A DNA stretch of 48,090 nucleotides from Hormoscilla sp. (lineage in GTDB: Bacteria > Cyanobacteriota > Cyanobacteriia > Cyanobacteriales > Desertifilaceae), in assembly GCA_051439505.1 (NCBI GenBank), contig JBFRWI010000219.1:1-48090 (forward strand), in the 5' to 3' direction. Within the stretch, counting starts at the first letter, position 1, and each line of letters begins with the position of its first letter. Below, piece by piece: positions 21,799 through 32,154 of this stretch. The notes below the pieces were generated by a model. That model was not told where the DNA came from, ran no database searches, and saw nothing but the letters and a program-made list of their open reading frames with translations. Made by a program: the position numbers and the translations under genes.

Positions 21799-22103
21799 CA
21801 GGAGACTTATTGATTAATTGACAATGGTGCATTCCGGTGAGTTGAAAACCGACTAAAAACATTGTTTGTTAAGCTAGAAAAGCGATCGCATTTTCCCTCC
21901 TTCCCTGACTCGGGCAGCGATCGCTCGTTTCCTGACTCGGGCAGCGATCGCGGACTACTCGGGGCGACAAGAAACCGGGTTTGGGGCGATAATTGTGGCA
22001 TCACAACCGACATTTGGTAGAAGAAACCCGGTTTCTGGGCACCAAATAACCTCCGACGAAGATCGCGACAGGAAAAAGCGGTCTCCCGCCATATCCCGCG
22101 CCT

Positions 22104-25100
22104 TTACGGCGCCTGCCAAATCTTGATCGTCTTGTCCGAACTGCTACTGGCAATTAACTTTCCATCGGCGCTAAAAGCTACAGACCTTACAGGATTGTAA
22201 TGCCCCTTGAGACTGCATAGCTCCTCCCACTTCCCTACGGAAATAATTTTGATGGTGCTGTCTTCACCGCTATAGGCAATAAACTGTCCGTCCGGGCTAA
22301 AAGCCAGACCGTGAAGCGTAGGAAAATACCCCGTGAATGTGCATAGTTCCTCCCCGGTCTCTACCGACCAAATCTTGATCGTTTTATCACTACTGCCACT
22401 AGCAAGAAGCTTTCCGTCAGGGCTAAAGGCGACAGAAAATACTGAACTGGAATGTCCACTGAGGGTACGTTGCAGTGCCCCCGTAGTTGCTGACCAAATC
22501 TTGATTATCTTGTCCGTACTCCCGCTGGCTATGAACTGAGAGTCGGGGCTAATGGCTACAGACAAGACATTGTTAGAATGCCCGCTAAGAGTGCGTACCT
22601 CCTGTCCCGTCGCTACCAACCAAATCTTGATAGTTTTGTCATTACTTCCACTAGCTATGAACTGGGAGTCGGGGCTAATAGCAATAGACAATACATTCTC
22701 AGAATGCCCTGTGAGAGTGCGTTGCAATTCTCCCGTCGCCACTGACCAAATCTTAATCGTCTTGTCCAAGCTGCTACTGACAACAAACTCTCCTTCAGAG
22801 TTAAAGGCGACAGAATATACCTGATCTGAATGCCCCTTGAAAGTGCGTTCCAATTTCCCCGTCGCCACCGATCGCATCTTAATAGTACAGTCACTCCCTT
22901 GAATAGCAAGAAACTTTCCATCCGGGCTAAAAACAACAAACAGCGCTGCATGGGAATCCTCAGTAATCGTGCGTACCTCCTTCCACCCCGACCAATAATT
23001 TTTGTACATTTCGGTTAGCTTCCGTGCAGCAACTTCAAAATCAGGCTGAATTTCCGTCGCCCGTTTATAAGCATGCATCGCTTCCGAGGACCGCTGCAAT
23101 TGGGACAGCACCTCCCCTTTACCATACCAAGCTTGATAGTAATCTGGCTTCAGGGCAACTGCCTTTTCATAGGATGCCGCCGCCTGTTCTAACCAACCCA
23201 ATTCCGTCATCGCCACAGCGCGGTTATACCAACCTTCCGGGTTATCCGCTGCAATAGCAAAGGCTTTATCGTAGCAAGAAATCGCCTCTTCTAACAGCCC
23301 CAAACGATACAGCAGACTCCCTCGGTAGGACCAAGCCTCTGCCACATTATCCTCCGGGCATTCAATGGTCTCGCTTTGCACCAACTTCTGGATCGCAGCA
23401 TCTCGCTTTTCCATCGCCTGGGGAAATGAGGGCTGAATTTCCAGCACCTGACTGTAAGCCTTAATTGCTTCTAAATACCATCGCAATTGGCACAAAGCCT
23501 CCGCCTTATCATACCACGCCTCAACCCGGTCTGGCTGGAGAGCGATCGCCTTATCCAGAGCATTTATCGCCGCAGCCGGGCGACCCAAAATGGCCAGCAC
23601 CTTGCCCCATTGAAACCAACCATCCGAGTCATTCGGTTTCAGTTCGATCGAGGTTTCAAAACAGGAGAGAGAACTTTGATAGTTGCCCAAACACACCCGC
23701 GCTAAACCCAAAGAATACCAAACTTCATGAGATTCAGGTTGTAACTCCGTCGCTTTCTGCAAACAGGTAACCGCCTCTTCATAGCGCCCCCCATGATAGA
23801 GTGTCACCCCTTGCTTAATCATCGCATCGGGAAAATCCGGTTGCCACTCCAGGGCCCGACTGTAGCTAACTGCTGCCTGTTCGTGGTAGCCTAAATCAGC
23901 CTGACGCAATCCCTCTTCATAACAGACAGATGCTTGATTTGCCCCATGCACCGCTTGCAGCAGTTCGAGATAAGGGGTAACCCATTCGGCGGGAAACTCC
24001 GACGCCAGGTGCAATAGTTGGGGTTGATAATTGCGGTCCAGATTGAGATAATACCAATCAGCGATTAAAGCCGCGTACAACTTATAAAAGTCAATAATTT
24101 GCTGGCGAATCAGGTAGAGACTTTCCACTTCATCTTCCCCTGCTGCTGCCAGCTTTTTCTTTTCCTGACGCCAGTTCCAAGGTTCCGATGGAATCAAATG
24201 TCCGGTATTCTCTTGCCATCCCCAAACACCCAGATGAAAATAGACTTCTCGTTCGGTAATGTCGCTATAAAGAACAACGGTCGGTATCGGGGCAAGAATC
24301 CTCTCCAACTGGCGAATTTCCACATCAAAAATATCCCGATTGAAATAATTGCCGTAAAACTCAACCGGATACAAGCCATTCAGAGGATAATGAGTCCCCA
24401 GGAAATATTTTAAGCGATTTCTAATTTCATGGGGCAGGTCGTGGTGAAAGGAATCTGGGCAACTTCTACTAATATGTGGAGGTGAAATCAACATCAGCAA
24501 TCGAGGTTGTGTCATCCCCACCTGCAAAAGCTGCTGAGTTTCTTCCCGACTCAAGCTAGAAGGCCAATTTTGATTACTGCTGTCCCAGTTAGCTTGAATC
24601 TCCGAGAGTTTGAGCTGAATTTCCTTTGCCTTCAACTCCCGCAGTAATTCCCGATATAATGCAGTCTCGGAAGCGCGAAACTCTCGCTCTAATTTAGCCA
24701 GTTCTGCCTGTTTCTGCCGCCAGCGTTCTGTCAGTTGGAGTTCTGCTTGTTGGATTTTCACCAACTGTGCTTGCAGTGCCAGGGATTTTTGCTCGTTCTC
24801 TTGTCTGGTAATTGCAATTTCCCTTTCCAGGTTGAGGCGGTTTTGGGCGATCGCATTTTGTTCCCGGCGCAAGACCAACTCTTCTCGCTTGTTTGACTGT
24901 TCGGTAATGGCAATTTCCCTTTCCAGGTTGAGGCGGTTTTGGGCGATCGCAGTTTGTTCTCGGCGCAAGGCCAAATCTTCTTGCCGATCTTCATATTCAG
25001 CACTAGCGATCGCCCGTTCCATGTTGAGGCGAGTTTCGGCGAGGGCATTGTGTTCGCGTCGCAAAGCCAACTCTTCGGACTTCAACTTCGAGAGTCGCCG

Positions 25101-25337
25101 TTGGTTTTCCAGTTGGGCGCGAGTCAGGCGATCGTCATTTTTTGCCTGTTCTACATAAACAGGAGGAGGAGGGGTTGGGGATACATGGACAATTTGACTA
25201 GATGACTTTTTATCTGGGAATTGCTTCTCAAACCATTTCCCGGCTAAAGTTGCCGTAACTCTGCTAGCAGTATTCGTTAAAAAGCTACCAGCGGCAGCAA
25301 GTAGTGGTAATGACATAGGACTTCCGATGGGATACAT
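22104..25337 (-). CDS. Coiled-coil + unknown domain + TPR array + WD40 propeller protein
   Basis: Three 32-aa repeats (E(E/D)L.LRRE..A.A..RLN.ER.IA), about 8-9 TPR units, and about 7 WD40 units (GHS..V.SVA.SPD...ASGS.DKTIKIW). Confidence 0.9.
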   Translation of the reverse strand: MYPIGSPMSLPLLAAAGSFLTNTASRVTATLAGKWFEKQFPDKKSSSQIVHVSPTPPPPVYVEQAKNDDRLTRAQLENQRRLSKLKSEELALRREHNALAETRLNMERAIASAEYEDRQEDLALRREQTAIAQNRLNLEREIAITEQSNKREELVLRREQNAIAQNRLNLEREIAITRQENEQKSLALQAQLVKIQQAELQLTERWRQKQAELAKLEREFRASETALYRELLRELKAKEIQLKLSEIQANWDSSNQNWPSSLSREETQQLLQVGMTQPRLLMLISPPHISRSCPDSFHHDLPHEIRNRLKYFLGTHYPLNGLYPVEFYGNYFNRDIFDVEIRQLERILAPIPTVVLYSDITEREVYFHLGVWGWQENTGHLIPSEPWNWRQEKKKLAAAGEDEVESLYLIRQQIIDFYKLYAALIADWYYLNLDRNYQPQLLHLASEFPAEWVTPYLELLQAVHGANQASVCYEEGLRQADLGYHEQAAVSYSRALEWQPDFPDAMIKQGVTLYHGGRYEEAVTCLQKATELQPESHEVWYSLGLARVCLGNYQSSLSCFETSIELKPNDSDGWFQWGKVLAILGRPAAAINALDKAIALQPDRVEAWYDKAEALCQLRWYLEAIKAYSQVLEIQPSFPQAMEKRDAAIQKLVQSETIECPEDNVAEAWSYRGSLLYRLGLLEEAISCYDKAFAIAADNPEGWYNRAVAMTELGWLEQAAASYEKAVALKPDYYQAWYGKGEVLSQLQRSSEAMHAYKRATEIQPDFEVAARKLTEMYKNYWSGWKEVRTITEDSHAALFVVFSPDGKFLAIQGSDCTIKMRSVATGKLERTFKGHSDQVYSVAFNSEGEFVVSSSLDKTIKIWSVATGELQRTLTGHSENVLSIAISPDSQFIASGSNDKTIKIWLVATGQEVRTLSGHSNNVLSVAISPDSQFIASGSTDKIIKIWSATTGALQRTLSGHSSSVFSVAFSPDGKLLASGSSDKTIKIWSVETGEELCTFTGYFPTLHGLAFSPDGQFIAYSGEDSTIKIISVGKWEELCSLKGHYNPVRSVAFSADGKLIASSSSDKTIKIWQAP

Positions 25338-25418
25338 GCTGAAAAGGTTATCTAACTTTATTTTGCACCATTGTTTGCCGATCTGTCAACCCCTTCTCAA
25401 AATTTTTTTGCCAATGGT

Positions 25419-25997
25419 TCAGTCACCGGCTTCCCCAAGATTAAGGCCCGATCGGACCGCAGCAGCAAACTGCGGCGCAACCAGGGCAAGATCGTCCAAA
25501 ACCTCCTCCACCGTTTTCGGCGGTTTGCGAAGTTCTGCTGCTTGTTCCCTAACGATCCGCATCATCGTATCGGAATCTTTTTCAAACAGAATCATCAAGA
25601 ACTGGTCAGGAGATTTCGCCTCAATGTCGAACGGTGCTAACGCCCGATCGGGGAAGTCCCGTAGATTACTCGTCACGATCGTATCAGCTGACCCTGCCAC
25701 CGCTGCTGCTAGAACATGTCTATCCTTCTCATTATTAGTCATATCTGGGATAATATCGGAAAACCCTCTGACAGTTGCATTTGGAAAGAATTCGCGCATC
25801 TTCTCTAAAAGTCGCTGCACCTGCTGTTGACTCATCCTACCGCTTGACACCAAATTGCGACTCACCTCTGACAAAATCATATCGCTCCAGCACACTTCAT
25901 ACAATCGGTGTTCAGCAGCACGAAGTAAAGTATCTCGTAAAGGTGCCTGAAAGATAACGCAAGCATCTAAGACAACCTTCAATAATAATTCTGACAC
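25419..25997 (-). CDS. PIN-domain putative toxin (copy 2)
   Basis: VVLDACV, ILSEV, KDRHVLAAAV and IVTSNLRDF supply the PIN acidic residues. Confidence 0.88.
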   Translation of the reverse strand: MSELLLKVVLDACVIFQAPLRDTLLRAAEHRLYEVCWSDMILSEVSRNLVSSGRMSQQQVQRLLEKMREFFPNATVRGFSDIIPDMTNNEKDRHVLAAAVAGSADTIVTSNLRDFPDRALAPFDIEAKSPDQFLMILFEKDSDTMMRIVREQAAELRKPPKTVEEVLDDLALVAPQFAAAVRSGLNLGEAGD

Positions 25998-26003
25998 TGC
26001 TTT

Positions 26004-26498
26004 CTAACTCCCCGATTTATCTTCAGTCTGAAGGAGTGCCGTCGAGTACAAGCCCAAATCATCGCACATCCGTGTCATTTCTGCTAAACCCTGCCGCCGT
26101 AACTCATCCCACTTCTGCTTATAAGCCATCAGATCTTCAAACCGAATTCGGCGCTCCAAACCATATCCAGTAGAAGGAATTTCCCCATCTTTTAGCAGCT
26201 GCACTAGATGCTGTCGCGGCACATCGAGTAACTTAGCAGCTTCCCCGGTTGGTAATGGCTCGTGAAAGATAACAGTCATGACGCCATTGCCTCGCGCTAA
26301 CTGATACACCTGCTGACGCAGCAAGCGAAATACAGACGCAGGCAGTTCGATTTCTTCACCCTCTGGGCTGACAAGTCGTGGCAGTTGGGGACGCGATCCA
26401 TTACTCGGTTCATTCAACAACTGGGATAATATTGCCAACTCCCCGAGTTCTGTCTCTTTTGCCACTATTGGTTCGGGCTTGATTTCACTAGAAGTCAT
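26004..26498 (-). CDS. Excisionase-like HTH protein, putative antitoxin (copy 2)
   Basis: LPTGEAAKLLDVPRQHLVQLLKDGEIP...RRIRFEDLMAYK; 6 bp upstream of the PIN gene. Confidence 0.85.
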   Translation of the reverse strand: MTSSEIKPEPIVAKETELGELAILSQLLNEPSNGSRPQLPRLVSPEGEEIELPASVFRLLRQQVYQLARGNGVMTVIFHEPLPTGEAAKLLDVPRQHLVQLLKDGEIPSTGYGLERRIRFEDLMAYKQKWDELRRQGLAEMTRMCDDLGLYSTALLQTEDKSGS

Positions 26499-26603
26499 CG
26501 GCTTACTGAAAATGCGTTTACTCTCTATTCTATACTATCTCTGACTGCTGGGTCTGCGTCGCATATTTGGGGTATTTTGGGGCGATCGCCCTTCCCCCGA
26601 TCG

Positions 26604-27173
26604 CTACTCCCGTTCCCCAAGCCCCGATCGGACCGCAGCAGCAAACTGGGGCGCGATCGGGGCAAGATCGTCCAAAACCTCCTCGACAGTTTTCGGCGGA
26701 TTCTTCAGCTGTGCCGCCTGTTCTGTTATAATCTGCATCATCCTTTCTGAATATTTCTTAAACAGAAACATCAAGAAATCATCTGGCGAAAGTGCCTGAA
26801 TACCGAAAGGTGCCAACGCCTGATCGGGAAAGTCTCGTAGATTACTCGTCACAATCACCTTTGCCTCAACCACCACTGCCGCTGCTAAAACATGCCTGTC
26901 CTTCTCATCATTAGTCATCACAGGAATGAGCCCCTCAAACTCGCTTGCAGTAGCATTAGCAAAGAATTCGTTCATCCTCCTCAGGAGTCGCTGCGCCTGT
27001 TGCGGACTGATCCTGCCACTTTCTACTAGATTGCGACTAACCTCCTGTAGAATTATATCGCTCCAGTAGACTTCATATAGTCCTGCCGATGCCGCACGCA
27101 GCAACGTATCTCGTAGCCCAGCCCGAAATATAACGCAGGCGTCTAAAACAGCCTTCGATAATGATTCTGACAC
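26604..27173 (-). CDS. PIN-domain putative toxin (copy 1)
   Basis: Paralog of 25419-25997 with the same motifs. Confidence 0.88.
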   Translation of the reverse strand: MSESLSKAVLDACVIFRAGLRDTLLRAASAGLYEVYWSDIILQEVSRNLVESGRISPQQAQRLLRRMNEFFANATASEFEGLIPVMTNDEKDRHVLAAAVVVEAKVIVTSNLRDFPDQALAPFGIQALSPDDFLMFLFKKYSERMMQIITEQAAQLKNPPKTVEEVLDDLAPIAPQFAAAVRSGLGERE

Positions 27174-27197
27174 CTACAAACTCCTCAACACTACTTA

Positions 27198-27653
27198 TTA
27201 GTACAGGCCGAATTCTTGACTCATTCGAGCCAACTCTTCTATACCCTGCCGATGCAACTCAGACAGCTTCTGCTTATGTGCGATCGCATCTGATAGCTTA
27301 ATTTTGCGCAGTCTTCCATCCTGAATGAAAGGAATTTCCCCATCGTCAAGCAATTTATTCACATATTGCACCTGAGAACCGATCAAAGCAGCAGCTTCCC
27401 AGGTTGTTAATGGATCGTGAAAGACAACACTCATCACGCCATTACCCCGCGCTAACTGATATACCTGCTCGCGTAGCAAGTAAAATACAGACGCAGGCAG
27501 TTCGATTTCTTTTCCCTCTGGGCTGACAAGTCGTGGCAGTTGGGGACGCGATCCATTACTCGGTTCATTCAACAACTGGGATAATATTGCCAACTCCCCG
27601 AGTTCGGTCTCTTTTGCCACTATTGGTTCGGGCTTGATGTCACTAGAAGTCAT
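27198..27653 (-). CDS. Excisionase-like HTH protein, putative antitoxin (copy 1)
   Basis: LTTWEAAALIG...YVNKLLDDGEIPF...RKIKLSD; N-terminal half nearly identical to copy 2. Confidence 0.85.
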   Translation of the reverse strand: MTSSDIKPEPIVAKETELGELAILSQLLNEPSNGSRPQLPRLVSPEGKEIELPASVFYLLREQVYQLARGNGVMSVVFHDPLTTWEAAALIGSQVQYVNKLLDDGEIPFIQDGRLRKIKLSDAIAHKQKLSELHRQGIEELARMSQEFGLY

Positions 27654-27820
27654 CGGCTTACTGAAAATGCGTTTACTCTCTATTCTATACTATCTCTAAC
27701 TGTTTAGTTTCGCGATCGCATATTTGGGGGCGATCGGCTCTTTGACAACAATTCTCGCTCCCACATAATAAAAAAGGTGGGCAATGCCCACCCTACAAGA
27801 TTATTAATTGCCATTAGCCA

Positions 27821-29698
27821 TTACAACTTCGTGCCGCACTCGGAGCAGAATTTATTAGTTACCTGGTTTTCGGCACCGCAACTGGGGCAATAAATTAGAT
27901 CCGCTGCTGCTTCTAACTGGGGAGGTTCTGGCAAACCTGCCATTTGAGCATTGTTCTTACCCGGGGCTATCATTGGATAGCAGTTTTCATCTTTCTTGAC
28001 ATGAACATCCATCAACACGGGACCATCGTAGGCTAGCATTTCGGCGATCGCCCCTTGCAACTCAACTCGATCCCGCACCACCATGCCTTTAACACCAAAA
28101 GCATTGGCCAGCATCACAAAATCTGGCATGCCCACTTCCATATTAGAAGCAGAATAACGCTCTCCAAAGAAAGTCTGCTGCCACTGACGCACCATTCCCT
28201 GCCAACCATTATTGACAATCACAGTTTTGACATTGATGCCGTACTGTGCCAGGGTTGCCAATTCCTGAATATTCATCTGGATGCTAGCATCCCCAGCCAC
28301 GCAGATTACCTTTTCATCGGGTAAAGCCACCTTCACGCCCATCGCCGCAGGCATCCCGTAACCCATCGTACCCAAACCAGAACTAGACATCCACCGACGG
28401 GGACCATTCTTCAGAAATTGCGCTGCCCACATCTGATGCTGACCCACATCTGTAGTGTAATAAGCATCAGGCGCTTGCCGCCCCAGTTCCACGATTACCT
28501 CTTGGGGAGACAGACTATCCTCATATTGGGGCACCACTAAGGGATAATGCTTACGCCAGCCATCGATCCGTTTCAACCACTCAGTCGTCCCATCAGGTTT
28601 ACCTGACAGACCCAACTCCTGACAGCGACGCAACATATCAATTAACACCTGGCGCACATCCCCCACAATCGGTACTTGGGGGGGGCGGTTTTTGCCCACC
28701 TCTGCCGGATCGATGTCTATGTGAATCACTTGGGCATGGGAGGCGAACTCATCTAACTTGCCCGTCACCCGATCGTCAAACCTGGCCCCCACAGCGATCA
28801 GCAAGTCGCACTCGCTGACCGCAAAATTAGCATAGGCCGTGCCGTGCATTCCCAACATCCCCACGGACAGAGGATGGTTCTCATCAAAAGCACCCTTGCC
28901 CATCAATGTCGTTGTCACTGGTATGCGGAAACGTTCTGCCAGTTCCAAAACTTCTGCATGAGCCCCAGCAGCAATGGCTCCGCCACCGACATACAGCAAA
29001 GGACGGTTAGCTTGCCCGATTAAATTTAACGCTTGATTGATCTGTCGGGGGTTGCCCTTAACTGTAGGACGATACCCGGGCAGCCGCACCGTACCCGGTT
29101 CCACTGGCACGTAGTCAAATTCTTCTAACCCCACATCTTTGGGCACGTCAATCAATACTGGCCCGGGACGCCCGGTGCTGGCAATGTGAAAAGCTTCTGC
29201 CACAATTTGGGCCATGTCCTTGGCGTGACGCACCACATAGGAATGCTTGACGATGGGCAGAGTAATGCCATAAATATCTGTTTCCTGAAAGGCATCGGAG
29301 CCAATGGCGGGGCGAGGCACCTGACCGGTCACTACTACCATGGGGATCGAGTCCAAGTGGGCTGTGGCAATGCCCGTTACCAAATTCGTGGCACCCGGAC
29401 CTGAAGTTGCAAAGCAGACTCCCACTTTACCCGTGGCCCGGGCGTAGCCATCCGCTGCGTGGGACGCCCCTTGTTCGTGTCTCACCAGAATATGTTGGAC
29501 GTCGCCCCGCGCTTCCGCCCGGTATACTTCGTCGTATATCGGCAAGATCGCTCCCCCGGGATAGCCAAATATATGTCTGACTCCATGACGCTTCAAGCTG
29601 TCCATCAGCGCAAATGCCCCCGTTTGTCGGGTTGGGGCTACCGTGGTCGTCACCTGGATCCCGTTCTCTGTTGCCTTGTCTACTGTTAGCTGGCTCAT
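27821..29698 (-). CDS. ilvB: Acetolactate synthase large subunit with a C-terminal zinc ribbon
   Basis: [43 protein letters not shown]...NN (ThDP motif); tail CPSC...FCSECG. Confidence 0.95.
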   Translation of the reverse strand: MSQLTVDKATENGIQVTTTVAPTRQTGAFALMDSLKRHGVRHIFGYPGGAILPIYDEVYRAEARGDVQHILVRHEQGASHAADGYARATGKVGVCFATSGPGATNLVTGIATAHLDSIPMVVVTGQVPRPAIGSDAFQETDIYGITLPIVKHSYVVRHAKDMAQIVAEAFHIASTGRPGPVLIDVPKDVGLEEFDYVPVEPGTVRLPGYRPTVKGNPRQINQALNLIGQANRPLLYVGGGAIAAGAHAEVLELAERFRIPVTTTLMGKGAFDENHPLSVGMLGMHGTAYANFAVSECDLLIAVGARFDDRVTGKLDEFASHAQVIHIDIDPAEVGKNRPPQVPIVGDVRQVLIDMLRRCQELGLSGKPDGTTEWLKRIDGWRKHYPLVVPQYEDSLSPQEVIVELGRQAPDAYYTTDVGQHQMWAAQFLKNGPRRWMSSSGLGTMGYGMPAAMGVKVALPDEKVICVAGDASIQMNIQELATLAQYGINVKTVIVNNGWQGMVRQWQQTFFGERYSASNMEVGMPDFVMLANAFGVKGMVVRDRVELQGAIAEMLAYDGPVLMDVHVKKDENCYPMIAPGKNNAQMAGLPEPPQLEAAADLIYCPSCGAENQVTNKFCSECGTKL

Positions 29699-29899
29699 CT
29701 ATTTCCTTCCTTCTGACGAGTCTGTATTTTACATATACTACATTTAATTAACCGTTTTGAGCCTGCTATTTACCCGATCTTTATTTCTCCTTTATACTCC
29801 TGACTACTTGCTACAATCGACTTGCGGTGAGCGACGGCGACTGGCGGGCAGCGACGGCGGCACTAGGGTGGCGACGATCGCACGATGGTCGATCGCCCC

Positions 29900-30187
29900 T
29901 AATACTTCGTAGGTTTTGGATATAGGATGTCATTGCGAGGGGGGGGGTAGGACGCGATTAATTTATGCTAAATTCAGTTAACCCCCCCGAAGCAATCCCC
30001 CCGTCCCGTATGAGATGAAGATCGCTTCGGCGTCGTTTGCTGTATCCACGCCTTGCGCTAAAAGCACTACCCAGGTACAGCGCGGTGAGATTGCTTCGGG
30101 GGGGGGGGATAAAGGCGGAGATCCCTAATTTATCGGTTTCGGTTTCCCCCCCCCTCGCAATGACAGCTTGTTAACCGATAATTCTTG
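29900..30187. mobile_element. Degenerate MITE carrying a full GTCATTGCGAG-Gn..Cn-GAAGCAATC doublet (family C)
   Basis: Ends resemble CAATACTTCTCGGTTAA with mismatches; inverted family-C halves at 29929-29997 and 30089-30164. No clear target duplication. Confidence 0.65.
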
Positions 30188-30353
30188 GGGTATCTGTTCC
30201 CTTCACCGAAGGAAATATTACTTGACTCAAACTCTTGACATCGATCGCGCGATCGGGGTAAACTAGCAATGCAGATATATGGTTAAGCTGGTGCGTCATC
30301 GACTGCACGCTATGACGCGCGATCGGCCATAGGATGAACTACTTCGTTGTGGT

Positions 30354-31088
30354 ATGAACAAAAATAATCAGAAGCAGCAGGGGAGTTTGCAGCAAATAAT
30401 TAAGGCAGGTTCCTATTCCTTGATGCCCTTTGCTGGCTATGTAATCTTAGGATTTTCTGTAGTAGAATTTCTCCATATTCTCATCCCCCTGCGCTTGACC
30501 AACCCGGTATGGGAATTTCAGACAATTGGTCGCTTGGTGGGGCAAGTCTGGGCACCTTTGCTAGGGCTGATATTTATCTTTTCCCATCGGGAATTTGTGG
30601 GGAAAGCTGAATTTAATCTGTTACGGATAATATCCTGAGTTTCCCTATTGCTGGGGCTATTATATCTGTTGCTGCTGCCCTTGGGAGTCGGCAACAGTTT
30701 GCGGATACACAATAGCCGCAACCTGCAAATATCGGCCCAATTATCGCAACAACTAGAGCAATTGGCACAAGCAAAATCTCGCATTGAGCAAGCAAATAGT
30801 ACCGCCGAAATAGCCAACATTGCCACATCTTTCAATCTCCAATCCCCTGTACCCCAAATAGAAAACCCCCAGGAGTTTAAGGACTCCCTAATAAGTCAAG
30901 TTGCCGAAGTGGAACGGAATGTGCGGACTCAGGCAGTAGCAGCACGGGAAAATCAAAAAAATGCTCTTCTTAAAGATTCCTTAAAGTTCAATTTCGGCGC
31001 CATACTAGCAGGAATAGCCTTTATCGGTATTTGGGTGCAGACGCCCTGGGCGAGAAAAAAATATTTGATGGAACGACGGGATGATTGA
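30354..31088 (+). pseudogene. HpsJ-family membrane protein with an internal in-frame TGA
   Basis: IPLRLTNPVWEFQTIGRLV...APLLGL...RIIS*VSLLLGLLYLLLLPLG; the reading frame continues across TGA 30636-30638. Confidence 0.75.
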
Positions 31089-31172
31089 TTTTGCTAATTG
31101 CTAATTGCTAATTGTTAATTGCTAATGGCTAATTGCTAATTGTTAATTGGACAACCCACTACTGACTACTGA

Positions 31173-31715
31173 CTACTGACAGTCATTAGTGCAATAGCGC
31201 TGTAGCAGCGTAGTCAAAAACTCTGAGGCAGTAGTCCGTTGAGCATTGCCCTCGGGGAGTTGCCACCAACCCGATACAGTAGCAGGATCGCGCCACAATT
31301 GCAAATGCGGCACTGGGGGATCGGCATAGAAACTATCTTCTCCCATTCCCAGTAACCTGGAACTCCAGTGGGTAAAATAATCGTGACTTCCTCTATGAAT
31401 GGGAAAATTTCCCCATAGCGGTACTCCCCAACCATCCAGAGCAAAAAATGCTTTGATCTTACCTCCCCACATCTGCCATTGCCAAGCTGCCCCGATCGCC
31501 CCAACTACTCCGGCGCTAAAACCAATTAATATTATAGCATCGCTTTGGTGAGGTTCTCCTATATTATCCCTTAAAAACTGCCAAACGGAAACTGCACAGA
31601 CCGGGGAGTAACCCGATGCTGGGAAAATTACGGCTGGGGCGGGTAATGCTAATGCTTGCAGAAAGCTTTCCGTGAGGGCCCGATCGTGAATTCCCGGACA
31701 AATAATTATCTTCAT
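31173..31715 (-). CDS. Conserved cyanobacterial alpha/beta-hydrolase-like protein
   Basis: CPGIH, IGFSAGVVG nucleophile elbow, DGWGVPL, SHDYFTHWSS. Confidence 0.7.
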   Translation of the reverse strand: MKIIICPGIHDRALTESFLQALALPAPAVIFPASGYSPVCAVSVWQFLRDNIGEPHQSDAIILIGFSAGVVGAIGAAWQWQMWGGKIKAFFALDGWGVPLWGNFPIHRGSHDYFTHWSSRLLGMGEDSFYADPPVPHLQLWRDPATVSGWWQLPEGNAQRTTASEFLTTLLQRYCTNDCQ

Positions 31716-31789
31716 GAGTAAATTGCTAATTGCGAATGGTTAATTGCTGACTGCCATTAACCGCAAACCATTAATCATTAACTATTAAC

Positions 31790-31890
31790 GCTTGACCTCC
31801 TCCAGCATCCTTCATGATGCCGATCGCGTATTGACAACCCAGAAACAGCCCTTCCATATTCACCTGCATCACCCGACGTTATAGTTCCAA
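31790..31890 (-). pseudogene. SDR gene fragment
   Basis: Minus strand reads EL*RRVMQVNMEGLFLGCQYAIGIMKDAGGG, matching the SDR segment W..V..VNL.G.FLG....AI..M...GGG. Confidence 0.6.
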
Positions 31891-31915
31891 AACTGCCATC
31901 ACCTCCGACCACTGG

Positions 31916-32060
31916 CAATACTTCTCGGTTAATTAACAACCTGTCATTGCGAGAGGGGGGATTGCTTCGGGGGGGGGGTTAATTAAATTAGTGCAGAAGT
32001 TAATCGCTACGTACCCCCCCCCTCGCAATGACAACCTATATTCTTAACCGAGAAGTATTG
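31916..32060. mobile_element. 145-bp MITE (Nezha/IS4-like) with family-C cargo
   Basis: Perfect 17-bp TIR CAATACTTCTCGGTTAA; 10-bp target duplication CGACCACTGG / CGACCAATGG. Confidence 0.9.
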
Positions 32061-32154
32061 CGACCAATGGTCGTTGTCAGTCCCATTATCCTTTCCTCCA
32101 TTCTCAATTCTCCTTTTCTCCATTCTCAATTCTCCATTCTCAATTCTCAAGCAT

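Noticed and set aside
22104..25337. STAND/NACHT NLR-like protein
   Set aside because: No Walker A (GxxxxGK[ST]) motif was found in the translation.
29946..29973. dif-like site (TTATGCTAAAT resembles a XerD arm)
   Set aside because: No plausible XerC arm at 6-bp spacing, and the motif is not kept in sister loops.
30636..30638. Selenocysteine or programmed readthrough at TGA
   Set aside because: The context is a membrane helix where Trp fits, and no SECIS-like hairpin is evident. A point mutation is simpler.
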